Source: Flavobacteriales bacterium (lineage in GTDB: Bacteria; Bacteroidota; Bacteroidia; Flavobacteriales_E; Vicingaceae). From it: a DNA stretch of 64,000 nucleotides. A program made the position numbers and the translations under genes. Under the pieces are notes generated by a model. The model saw nothing but the letters and a program-made list of their open reading frames with translations. It searched no databases and was not told the origin of the DNA. Location: assembly GCA_002706365.1 (NCBI GenBank), contig PALM01000014.1, forward strand, positions 11,220 through 75,219, given 5' to 3'. Every line of letters begins with the position of its first letter. The first letter of the stretch is position 1. Of the stretch, positions 1-7,659 are shown piece by piece.

Positions 1-344
1 CTCTTCCTTCTAGCCTCTATCTCTACTGCAGAAAGTTCTACAGTTATGCCAAGTTTGAGGGTTAGTGTTTTTGAGAAATTACGCACCTCCAAAGTATCTG
101 AACTATATCCCACAAAAGAGGCGATCAGGAATCTAGCATTATCCGGAATGGCCAAATTAAAAACCCCATTGGAATCGGTGGTAGTGCCGTAATTGCTGTC
201 CATCCAGTACACATTTGCGTATGGAATGGGATTAAAGCGCCCTTTCTTATCCTCTGAGATCACCACGCCGCTCACGCTCTCTTGCGACCATAAAGCAAGC
301 GATAGACCCTGCAATAGCAGTAGTCCAATAATCTTCTTCAACAT
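1..344 (-). CDS. TonB-dependent receptor, N-terminal part only (gene runs off the left edge)
   Basis: Absent from the ORF track because there is no stop in the window. The reverse-strand ATG at 342-344 opens MLKKIIGLLLLQGLSLALWSQESVSGVVISEDKKGRFNPIPYANVYW...TDSNGVFNLAIP...FVGYSSDTLEV. This is a signal peptide plus a carboxypeptidase-regulatory-like domain, as at the N-terminus of the receptor at 44186..46525. Confidence 0.6.
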   Translation of the reverse strand, partial: MLKKIIGLLLLQGLSLALWSQESVSGVVISEDKKGRFNPIPYANVYWMDSNYGTTTDSNGVFNLAIPDNARFLIASFVGYSSDTLEVRNFSKTLTLKLGITVELSAVEIEARRK

Positions 345-355
345 GTCGTCAGCTT

Positions 356-745
356 TTATTGAGCAGAATTACCGGAACCGGTCTTCTTATGCTTATCAAT
401 TACCGCTTCATCACGATAGTGACAGCATTTATGTATTTGCTCGTAGACTTCATCCTCTGCTTTCTGCTTCTCGGTATCGTGACCAACAGCATTAACAGCA
501 GCGTGTAACTCATCTTCATTGACCTTAGACGGTTTGTAAACCACCTTAAGCATATGCGTTTCCACATTCCATTCAGCGAGTTTAACACCAGGGGCGCGCA
601 TTACGGCATTTTCAATGCGTTTCTTACACATTTCACAGACTCCATCTACTTCAAAAGTAGTTTCTGCGATATTCTTATTTGATTCTTCTTGTGCGATGGT
701 ATTGATCGACCACACACATAATATGATTGCGATTAATTTCTTCAT
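356..745 (-). CDS. Exported heavy-metal-associated (HMA) domain protein
   Basis: Signal peptide MKKLIAIILCVWSINTIAQ. HMA-like core TTFEVDGVCEMCKKRIENAV with a CxxC site. His/Cys-rich C-terminus HKCCHYRDE. Ends 11 nt upstream of the TonB receptor start. Confidence 0.75.
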   Translation of the reverse strand: MKKLIAIILCVWSINTIAQEESNKNIAETTFEVDGVCEMCKKRIENAVMRAPGVKLAEWNVETHMLKVVYKPSKVNEDELHAAVNAVGHDTEKQKAEDEVYEQIHKCCHYRDEAVIDKHKKTGSGNSAQ

Positions 746-796
746 GATTTCTTGATTTTAAAATTGTAAATAGGGAATTGAGAGAGATCAAGAAAT

Positions 797-1198
797 CTAT
801 CCGTAGTAAGTGAGTCGGGAAAGGGTAATGTACAGAGGCTTTTTAGTGATAGGCGGACCTCTATCGTTAATTTGAATTGCTGATGAAGTAGCCTTATACA
901 AGTCGAGCTTAGTCGCTGACTCAAATGGAAGAGTGAAGAAATTAAATGCAAAAGCGGTCTTCTCATGTTTGATCAGATCCAGCTCTGCCTGATAGAATTC
1001 CGTTTCATCATCACAGCAGTCCATTTTTGACTCATCGCAGCCTTTTTCATCTTCATCACCACAACCATCTGTTGGAGAGTATAATGACAAAGAAGCAAGG
1101 AAGTCGCCACAATAATGCTTGTACACAGAAATCCCTGTCGTGCTAAGCAACAGACTTAGCAAAACCAAAATTGAAAAGATGGATTTCAGCTTCTTCAC
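797..1198 (-). CDS. Secreted Cys/acidic-rich protein (HYC...CC...PP motif order)
   Basis: Signal peptide, then KHYCGD, DGCGDEDEKGCDESKMDCCDDE and RGPP in that order. I recall a Bacteroidota family named HYC_CC_PP but have not verified this. GTG start. Confidence 0.55.
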   Translation of the reverse strand: MKKLKSIFSILVLLSLLLSTTGISVYKHYCGDFLASLSLYSPTDGCGDEDEKGCDESKMDCCDDETEFYQAELDLIKHEKTAFAFNFFTLPFESATKLDLYKATSSAIQINDRGPPITKKPLYITLSRLTYYG

Positions 1199-1202
1199 AA
1201 TT

Positions 1203-1210
1203 CAAAATTA
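1203..1210 (-). promoter_or_regulatory. Candidate Bacteroidota -7 box (TAATTTTG on minus strand)
   Basis: Matches TAnnTTTG, 4 nt upstream of the GTG start at 1198. Confidence 0.3.
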
Positions 1211-1253
1211 AGCAAATAGCAAAGCATTGCTCAATTATAGCTGCTAACTAATG

Positions 1254-2216
1254 TTAACAGCATTGAATGATATATAAGTAGATGGGCATTCCCAAGGTAA
1301 TATTAAAAGGGAATGTTACCGCTAATGCCATTGGTATATACAAGGATGGATTTGCCTTGGGTACAACCATTCGCATTGCAGCAGGAACAGCAATATATGA
1401 AGCAGAAGCAGCCAGAATAGATAACAAGAACCGGTTACCATCCACATCCAAGAACAAGCCACTTAAGATCGCCATCAAGCTTCCGTTGATCAAAGGAATT
1501 ATTATCGCAAACCAAAAGGTAAACCAGCCATTCTTAAAGAATGTAGCCAGACCTTTACCCGAAGCAATACCCATATCCAATAGGAAGATTGCCAGAAAGC
1601 CCTTGAAAATATCAGTGGTAAATGGCTCAATACCTCTAGCCTGCTCCTCATTTGAAATAAAACCAATCAAAAGACTACCGAGTATGAGCAACACACTTCC
1701 ATTTGTGATGGAATGCTTCAATATTTGTCCGAATGACATAATACCGTTATTCTTTCCGGCAAAGAAATAAATCAAGGCCATACCAACTATAATTGAAGGA
1801 GCTTCCATAAAGGCCATCACTGCAACCATATGTCCGCCGTATTCCATTGATTCCACATTCAAGAAAGAAATTGCGGTAATAAAGGTCACAGCGCTCACCG
1901 AACCATAAGAAGCGGCAATGGCGCCTGCATTCTCCACGCTTAACTTGCGTTTAAGCACAAGGAAAGTATATAGAGGAACAGAGACTGCCAAAAGCAGTCC
2001 TGCAGCCAATGCATACCACACTTCAGAGTCGAATTCAGAATGCGATAGTTCCTGTCCGCCTTTAAACCCAATGGAAAACAAAAGGTAGATTGAAATAAAT
2101 TTAGATGAATTCTCAGGAATGGCCAGATCGCTCTTCAATTGAACGGCAAAGAGTCCTAAGAAGAAAAACAATAAGGCAGGGTTGGTTAGGTTATCGATCA
2201 GTAGGTGTAGATCCAT
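1254..2216 (-). CDS. SbtA-like (Sbt_1/DUF897 family) sodium-dependent bicarbonate-type permease
   Basis: 320 aa with about 10 hydrophobic helices. N-terminus MDLHLLIDNLTNPALLFFFLGLFAVQLKSDLAIPE and FSIGFKGGQEL resemble the SbtA-like permease family as I remember it. Confidence 0.65.
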   Translation of the reverse strand: MDLHLLIDNLTNPALLFFFLGLFAVQLKSDLAIPENSSKFISIYLLFSIGFKGGQELSHSEFDSEVWYALAAGLLLAVSVPLYTFLVLKRKLSVENAGAIAASYGSVSAVTFITAISFLNVESMEYGGHMVAVMAFMEAPSIIVGMALIYFFAGKNNGIMSFGQILKHSITNGSVLLILGSLLIGFISNEEQARGIEPFTTDIFKGFLAIFLLDMGIASGKGLATFFKNGWFTFWFAIIIPLINGSLMAILSGLFLDVDGNRFLLSILAASASYIAVPAAMRMVVPKANPSLYIPMALAVTFPFNITLGMPIYLYIIQCC

Positions 2217-2252
2217 AATTAAAATTTGGGATGAAAAGATTTTGATATAAGG

Positions 2253-2280
2253 CTAAAAGAAAACCCCGAAGGTTCGGGGC
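2253..2280 (-). terminator. Intrinsic terminator/attenuator hairpin between the 90-aa gene and the permease gene
   Basis: The minus strand reads GCCCCGAACCTTCGGGG followed by TTTTCTTTT, immediately after the stop at 2281. Confidence 0.6.
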
Positions 2281-2553
2281 TTATTCGATATCTACGTCAA
2301 TTGAGGCTCTTAGCTTGACTTTCTTGCCATTCTTGGCGTCCGACAAGATCTCGGCGATCTTCTCTTTCTCTTCACGCAATTGTTTAAGCCTGCTTTCAGA
2401 ATGACTAACCTCTCCCTGATTGCGTTCTAAACATGAGTTCAACTGAATACTGTGAAACTTGATCTTATCATTCAATACAGTATAAAGGATTTCAGCTGCA
2501 TCTGAGGCATCATATGTGCCGTCGATTAATTTCAGTGATCGTGTGTTTGACAT
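2281..2553 (-). CDS. Hypothetical 90-aa protein, helical/coiled-coil, not PII-like
   Basis: ORF with ATG start, divergent from the LysR gene. The segment SESRLKQLREEKEKIAEIL looks coiled-coil. I recognise no family motif. Confidence 0.55.
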   Translation of the reverse strand: MSNTRSLKLIDGTYDASDAAEILYTVLNDKIKFHSIQLNSCLERNQGEVSHSESRLKQLREEKEKIAEILSDAKNGKKVKLRASIDVDIE

Positions 2554-2569
2554 ATTTTAAATTTTAGGA

Positions 2570-2577
2570 CAAAACTA
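2570..2577 (-). promoter_or_regulatory. Candidate -7 box (TAGTTTTG on minus strand)
   Basis: TAnnTTTG match 17 nt upstream of the ATG at 2553, inside the AT-rich divergent spacer 2554..2648 that also carries TATATA-type repeats. Confidence 0.35.
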
Positions 2578-2648
2578 CTTTCCATAAATAGATTTATATA
2601 TATAATTTTATATATCTTTACAATACTTTATATAAGATATCTTAATAG

Positions 2649-3575
2649 ATGAACTATACACTCAATCAACTCAGGATCTTCAGGAAGATCGTACAGTTAG
2701 AAAGTATCACTAAAGCCGCACAGGAACTACATCTCAGTCAGCCTGCAGTATCTATTCAACTAAAGAACTTACAAGATCAATTTGAAGTTCCGCTCACAGA
2801 AGTGATCGGCAGAAAATTGCACATCACTGATTTTGGTTATGAGATCGCAGAATCAGCTGATAAGATCATTGGTGAGGCTTACAATATGCGTCATAAATCA
2901 ATGGCACATAAAGGCCATGTTACTGGCAGAATCAAGTTAACCGTAGCAAGTACAGCCAAATATGTAATGCCCTATTTCATATCTGACTTCTTGAGCGAAA
3001 ACCCGGGAATTGACCTTAAGATGGATGTAACCAATAAGAGCAGGGTTGTGGAAAGTTTAGAAAACAACGAAGTAGACTTCGCAATGGTGTCTGTGCTGCC
3101 CGACAAGCTGAGAATAGACCGCATTGAGCTATTGCAGAACAAACTCTTTTTGGTTGGAAATAAACAGTTGGCTGAAGATGGGAAATCAATCAACAGCAAG
3201 GACCTTGAAAGTCTCACTTTGATATTCAGAGAAAAAGGAAGTGCCACTAGAGCTGCAATGCAGGACTTTATTGAAAAGAATCAGCTAAGTGTAAACAAAG
3301 AGATCGAACTCACTTCAAATGAAGCAGTAAAGCAGGCCGTGATTGCCGGATTTGGCTATTCAATTATGCCGCTTATTGGAATTAAGAATGAATTGCAGAA
3401 TGGAGATCTTCATATCATTCCGGTCAAACAACTACCCATTACCACAGAATGGAATCTTATTTGGCTTCAGGATAAGAAATTCTCTCCTGCCGCTAAGGCA
3501 TACAGAGCTTACCTAGAGCAAAACAAGGAGCGATTGATCGCTGAGCGCTTTGCCTGGTTCGAGAACTTCAAATAA
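2649..3575 (+). CDS. LysR-family transcriptional regulator
   Basis: N-terminal HTH LNQLRIFRKIVQLESITKAAQELHLSQPAVSIQLKNLQ, about 300 aa, with a substrate-binding-type C-terminal domain. Divergent from the transporter locus. Confidence 0.9.
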   Translation: MNYTLNQLRIFRKIVQLESITKAAQELHLSQPAVSIQLKNLQDQFEVPLTEVIGRKLHITDFGYEIAESADKIIGEAYNMRHKSMAHKGHVTGRIKLTVASTAKYVMPYFISDFLSENPGIDLKMDVTNKSRVVESLENNEVDFAMVSVLPDKLRIDRIELLQNKLFLVGNKQLAEDGKSINSKDLESLTLIFREKGSATRAAMQDFIEKNQLSVNKEIELTSNEAVKQAVIAGFGYSIMPLIGIKNELQNGDLHIIPVKQLPITTEWNLIWLQDKKFSPAAKAYRAYLEQNKERLIAERFAWFENFK

Positions 3576-3576
3576 A

Positions 3577-3605
3577 AAGAGGGGATCCAATAAGGAACCC
3601 CTCTT
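3577..3605 (-). terminator. Hairpin terminator between convergent lysR-type gene and icd
   Basis: AAGAGGGG...CCCCTCTT stem of 8 bp plus an inner TCC/GGA. The T-tract lies on the minus-strand side (TTTATTT), so it best fits termination of icd. Confidence 0.55.
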
Positions 3606-3626
3606 ACCACAACAACCATATTGGGA

Positions 3627-5069
3627 CTAGCCCTGTCCTTGTCCCAATGAGTAGCCTCTTTCACCATTAAAGGTGTAGAGGTTTTCTGTTTTTATCGCAT
3701 CGAGCTCTCCTTCGGCGAGTCGACAAAGCAATTTGGCCACATCTTTCGACTCAACAGCTTTTCCATTCGTTTGATCGAATCGGCATCTCCAGTGGTCTGT
3801 GCAGAATGTTTCATCGAAGCCTTCCGGCCAAACTTTCACACCTCTATTGGTGATCATGCTCAAGCTCAATTTCTCATCATTGAACGCTCTCAAAGCCTCA
3901 GCCAGTTGCTCAGGCTTAAAGCTTGGATGATCGATGAACACATCAACTCCAACCAACTTCTTCTCCTCTCTCTTCTCAATTTCTCTTATGTATTCTGGCA
4001 ATTTGATTGGAGTCATTTTATCATAACTCACCTCATTCAATTTCTCAGGTTTAAGTCCCAGTCTGGCAATCACCGCTTCTGCGAATTTTCTTGTACCCAC
4101 TTTCTCCTTGCTATCTGCATGATAGATATCTGCAGTATGAATTCCATCTTCGATTGTTCTAAGCCACGCATTATGGATCTTTTCTGCAGACTTACAATCC
4201 CCAAGATGATTGAGCATCATTACTGAAGCATTGATAAGTGCTGATGGGTTTGCAATGTCTTTACCGGCAATATCAGGTGCTGAACCGTGGATAGCCTCAA
4301 ACATTGAAACTTTCTGTCCAATATTCGACGAACCTGCCAATCCTACGGATCCGCTCAGTTGAGCAGTGATATCCGAAACCACATCTCCATAAAGATTCGG
4401 CATTACCACTACATCAAACATTTCTGGAGTATCGGCAATTCTTGCAGCCCCGATATCTATAATGATATGATCGCTCTCGATCTCTGGATATTCTGCAGCG
4501 ATCTCTTTGAAGATCTTGTGGAACAAACCATCTGTTTGCTTCATGATATTATCCTTCACAAAGCAGGTCACTTTCTTTCTACCGTATGCCTTAGCATATT
4601 CAAAAGCATAACGCACGATCTTCTCAGTCCCCGGTCTAGTGATCAGTTTCAGACACTGCACTACCTCAGCAGTTTGCTGATGCTCAATTCCGGCATAGAG
4701 ATCTTCTTCGTTCTCTCTAATCACCACTACGTCCATCTGAGGGTGACGACTAGCAACAAAAGGCGCCATACTCTTACAAGGACGAACATTGGCGAAAAGT
4801 CCGAGCGTTTTTCTCAGCGTTACATTCAAACTTTTATACCCACCTCCTTGCGGAGTAGTAATTGGGGCTTTGAGAAGGACTTTATGTTCTAGGATCTTAT
4901 CCCAGCTCTCTTTGGGAATTCCATTCATAATTCCTCTCTCATAGGCTTTCTTACCTATCTCAATCTCTTCGAAGTTAAGTTTGACTCCTGCAGCCTTGAG
5001 AATATCGATGGTTGCGTCCATTATTTCTGGGCCAATTCCATCACCTTTTGCATATACTACGGTCTTCAT
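3627..5069 (-). CDS. icd: Isocitrate dehydrogenase (isocitrate/isopropylmalate dehydrogenase family, about 480-aa form)
   Basis: Motifs YAKGDGIGPEIM, NLYGDVVSD and HGSAPDIAGK, plus a C-terminal extension of about 130 aa. I prefer the second ATG (5069) because the first (5087) lies inside a TAnnTTTG box. Confidence 0.85.
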   Translation of the reverse strand: MKTVVYAKGDGIGPEIMDATIDILKAAGVKLNFEEIEIGKKAYERGIMNGIPKESWDKILEHKVLLKAPITTPQGGGYKSLNVTLRKTLGLFANVRPCKSMAPFVASRHPQMDVVVIRENEEDLYAGIEHQQTAEVVQCLKLITRPGTEKIVRYAFEYAKAYGRKKVTCFVKDNIMKQTDGLFHKIFKEIAAEYPEIESDHIIIDIGAARIADTPEMFDVVVMPNLYGDVVSDITAQLSGSVGLAGSSNIGQKVSMFEAIHGSAPDIAGKDIANPSALINASVMMLNHLGDCKSAEKIHNAWLRTIEDGIHTADIYHADSKEKVGTRKFAEAVIARLGLKPEKLNEVSYDKMTPIKLPEYIREIEKREEKKLVGVDVFIDHPSFKPEQLAEALRAFNDEKLSLSMITNRGVKVWPEGFDETFCTDHWRCRFDQTNGKAVESKDVAKLLCRLAEGELDAIKTENLYTFNGERGYSLGQGQG

Positions 5070-5084
5070 AAATAAATTTTTATG

Positions 5085-5092
5085 CAAAAATA
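5085..5092 (-). promoter_or_regulatory. Candidate -7 box (TATTTTTG on minus strand)
   Basis: TAnnTTTG match 15 nt upstream of the ATG at 5069. Confidence 0.4.
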
Positions 5093-5159
5093 GATTATAA
5101 TAAAGCCATGAATGATAAATATTTATTTATTGTTTATATATTTTAATTAAATTTTATTT

Positions 5160-5717
5160 ATGTATAACTTATTCTCAATTCCATATATTCGTTATATGAT
5201 TGAAGAGTTTTTGTCGCAAGAGGATGTGAACTGGACTGAAATTCAACTCAGTAGAGGCGACTTGTTATCAAGGGCGGGTGAAATTGAGAAGTATTTCTAC
5301 TTCGTGGAATCCGGAGCGCTAAGAGCCTACACAATAGTTGAGGACAAGGAATTTACTGTGCGATTTGGATATAGAGGGTCAATATTCACTTCGCTCTCTT
5401 CTTTCTTCAGCGGTGAGCCGGGAGAAATGTATATTGAAGCAATTAGAAGCTCAAATGTGCTCAAGTGCCATAAGACTGAGCTAGACCGATTTGTTTCTGC
5501 AAGTATTGAGCGACTTCAAGCATATCGATATTTGTTAGAGGATTTAGTTATTGGCTGCATAGAAAGAGAGAATGATCTCTTAACTCAGGACCCCAAGAAA
5601 CGTCTAGAAAGAGTATTAGATCGCAGTCCGCAGCTTTTCCAAGAAATACCTCATAAGTATATCGCAGCTTATTTGAGAATGAGTCCGGAAACCCTAAGCA
5701 GATTATTGAATTCTTGA
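5160..5717 (+). CDS. Crp/Fnr-family transcriptional regulator
   Basis: cNMP-binding-like barrel (YFYFVESGALRAY) and C-terminal HTH (YIAAYLRMSPETLSRLL). An alternative start at 5196 is possible. Confidence 0.8.
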   Translation: MYNLFSIPYIRYMIEEFLSQEDVNWTEIQLSRGDLLSRAGEIEKYFYFVESGALRAYTIVEDKEFTVRFGYRGSIFTSLSSFFSGEPGEMYIEAIRSSNVLKCHKTELDRFVSASIERLQAYRYLLEDLVIGCIERENDLLTQDPKKRLERVLDRSPQLFQEIPHKYIAAYLRMSPETLSRLLNS

Positions 5718-5768
5718 TTTCGGTCAAGATTTAGAATTCTCAAGCAGCGCACCTTTGTCAAAAAAAAG

Positions 5769-6329
5769 ATGAAACAGTCAGAAGTCATAGAGGAATTAAA
5801 GTCGACGATCAAAAGACAGATCGAAAAAGTAGAGGAGTTCAAAAGTCTTGGAGAGCTCGCCCTATCTACAAACCCTGCTAAGGACTCTTGGAATGCATTG
5901 CAGTGCTTAGAGCATTTGAATAGGTATGCTGATTTCTATGTGAAGGAGATTGGTACTAGGTTAAGACATAGAGGATCGAAGACGAGGATCGAGGACGATG
6001 TTTTTAATGCGGGTTATTGGGGGAATAAGTTCATTAAGAGTATGAAACCAGATGAGAATGGACAGATCAAGAAGATGAACACTTTCAAAAGCAAGAATCC
6101 ATCTCTTCAGGAAGCTAAGACCGATAGTTTAGAGCGATTTCTAGAGTATCAGGAACAATGGTTAAGCATTTTGGATAAGGCTAAGGAATTCGATTTGAAC
6201 AAGAACAAATGCAGCCTTACCATTCCGATCATTAAGATGAATCTGGGCGCTACTATGCAGTTTGTGATCGCCCATCAAGAGCGCCATATCAATCAGGCAG
6301 AAAGAGCTTTATCGGCAGTTGAAGCTTAG
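5769..6329 (+). CDS. DinB-family (DinB_2-like) protein
   Basis: Four-helix-bundle His pattern (CLEHLNRY ... AHQERHINQ). Its stop overlaps the msrA stop (TTAG). Confidence 0.7.
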   Translation: MKQSEVIEELKSTIKRQIEKVEEFKSLGELALSTNPAKDSWNALQCLEHLNRYADFYVKEIGTRLRHRGSKTRIEDDVFNAGYWGNKFIKSMKPDENGQIKKMNTFKSKNPSLQEAKTDSLERFLEYQEQWLSILDKAKEFDLNKNKCSLTIPIIKMNLGATMQFVIAHQERHINQAERALSAVEA

Positions 6330-6853
6330 TCGATCATTTCACCAAAAGCCTTTTCGAACTTCTCGACTTTTGGTCTGACAACGGCCTGACAATAAGCTTG
6401 TTCTGGGTTTTTCTCGAAGTAATTTTGATGATAATCTTCAGCGGCGTAGAATTCTGATGCTTTAGTAATCTCAGTCACTATTGGATTCTCAAATGCTCCC
6501 GACTGATCTAGAACAGCTTTAACCTTCTCGGCCTTTTCTTTCTGCTCATCATCATGATAGAAAACTGCAGATCGATACTGCGTTCCTACATCCGCTCCTT
6601 GTCGGTTCAATGTAGTTGGATCATGCACTCTCCAGAAGATCTTCAAAAGAGCTTCATAGTCGATCTCATTTGGATCATACTCTACTTGAACCACCTCAGC
6701 ATGACCGGTTAAGCCACTGCATACTTCTTTATAGGTAGGATTTGAGATCTTTCCTCCCATATACCCTGAAGTGGCTTTACTCACTCCTTTCAACTGCTTA
6801 AAAATGGCTTCTGTACACCAGAAACATCCCGATCCGAAGGTGGCTTTTTTCAT
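6326..6853 (-). CDS. msrA: Peptide-methionine (S)-S-oxide reductase
   Basis: N-terminal GCFWC active site, 175 aa, conserved core YHQNYF. Confidence 0.95.
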   Translation of the reverse strand: MKKATFGSGCFWCTEAIFKQLKGVSKATSGYMGGKISNPTYKEVCSGLTGHAEVVQVEYDPNEIDYEALLKIFWRVHDPTTLNRQGADVGTQYRSAVFYHDDEQKEKAEKVKAVLDQSGAFENPIVTEITKASEFYAAEDYHQNYFEKNPEQAYCQAVVRPKVEKFEKAFGEMID

Positions 6854-6932
6854 ATTGAGATGACAATTAAGTCCTTAAAAAGTTTGGCAAGTTTAAAGAG
6901 AAATTGGTTTCAAATTACTTGCGGTAAATTAG

Positions 6933-6967
6933 GATTTCAGAGTCCAGAGTCCAGAATCCAGATTTTG
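6933..6967. repeat. Period-7 tandem array GATTTCA GAGTCCA GAGTCCA GAATCCA GATTTTG
   Basis: Read directly from the sequence. Five in-register heptamers in the msrA-GNAT spacer. Confidence 0.85.
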
Positions 6968-7044
6968 ATCTGCGTGAATCTGCCTGCCCCGATTAAATCG
7001 GCGGCGAAATCTGCGGGAGATAAAACAATAATCTAATTTTTCCA

Positions 7045-7070
7045 GCTGATTGCGCTGATTTCCGCTGATT
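7045..7070. repeat. Three copies of GCTGATT spaced 9-10 nt apart
   Basis: GCTGATTGCGCTGATTTCCGCTGATT, read directly. It lies in the same spacer next to a CCGATTAAATCGG hairpin (6989..7001). Confidence 0.7.
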
Positions 7071-7084
7071 CTTTTCAATAACAG

Positions 7085-7147
7085 TTTCCGATTTCAGATT
7101 TCAGATTTCCGATTTTGCCTCTAGGTTCTAGACTCTAGATTCTCGAT
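7085..7147. repeat. Nine-unit period-7 array: TTTCCGA TTTCAGA TTTCAGA TTTCCGA TTTTGCC TCTAGGT TCTAGAC TCTAGAT TCTCGAT
   Basis: Continuous register over 63 bp. The last four units overlap the 3' end of the GNAT gene and contain its TAG stop (7121-7123). Confidence 0.9.
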
Positions 7148-7558
7148 CACCATCTTATAATGATCGATATCGCATTCCGAGAACATCTCACCTACCTTCT
7201 TTAATCCTCCTCTCTCATAAAAGGGAATGGCTCTCAATTGAGCATGTAAATAAATTGGTTTCTTAAAAGTTAAAACCTCCTCTAAAATAGCCCTTAATAT
7301 CTGATCGCCAAATCCTTTAGACCTGTACTCTTCCAAAACCGCAAATCGCTCTAATTTGATTTTATCTCCAATATGTCTCCAACGAGCAGTGCCCACAGCC
7401 TTTTCATCATCAAAGATCAGATAGTGTTTGCTCAGGTCTTCAAACTCATCGAATTCATCTCTTTCGTCGACTTTTTGCTCTTCGATAAATACTTTTTCTC
7501 GAATAGTTCTGGCTTTAGCAAAGAGCTCTTTATCTGATGTGAAGAATGTCTTGATCAT
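7121..7558 (-). CDS. GNAT-family N-acetyltransferase
   Basis: 145 aa with an acetyl-CoA binding motif RSKGFGDQIL. The C-terminal NLESRT is encoded by the heptamer array. Confidence 0.85.
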   Translation of the reverse strand: MIKTFFTSDKELFAKARTIREKVFIEEQKVDERDEFDEFEDLSKHYLIFDDEKAVGTARWRHIGDKIKLERFAVLEEYRSKGFGDQILRAILEEVLTFKKPIYLHAQLRAIPFYERGGLKKVGEMFSECDIDHYKMVIENLESRT

Positions 7559-7630
7559 TTTAACAAAGCTTAAGGAAGATAGTTAACATTAATTAACAGC
7601 CTGCAATTTACGATGGCTCTAAGGCCTCGT

Positions 7631-7638
7631 TAATTTTG
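7631..7638 (+). promoter_or_regulatory. Candidate -7 box TAATTTTG for the moxR-bat operon
   Basis: TAnnTTTG match 21 nt upstream of the ATG at 7660. It overlaps the TTG start proposed by the ORF track at 7636. Confidence 0.4.
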
Positions 7639-7659
7639 AGAATCAAATTTAGAGAAAGA

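Noticed and set aside
193-495. Plus-strand 100-aa ORF at the left end
   Set aside because: It overlaps the minus-strand TonB-receptor N-terminus and the HMA gene, both of which have clear signal peptides and domain motifs. The ORF itself has no recognisable features.
1282-1770. Long antisense ORFs inside transporter and enzyme genes (for example 1282..1770, 3771..4226, 4359..4892, 20179..20784, 52397..52846 and 53426..53791)
   Set aside because: Each lies entirely within a longer opposite-strand gene with strong family motifs. Their own sequences are low-complexity or hydrophobic mirror images without motifs.
6933-7147. CRISPR-like array (also considered for 16027..16068, 23201..23252 and 24161..24223)
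   Set aside because: Units are 7 nt, directly abutting, with no spacers, and there are no cas genes in the window. These are microsatellite-like tandem arrays, not CRISPR.
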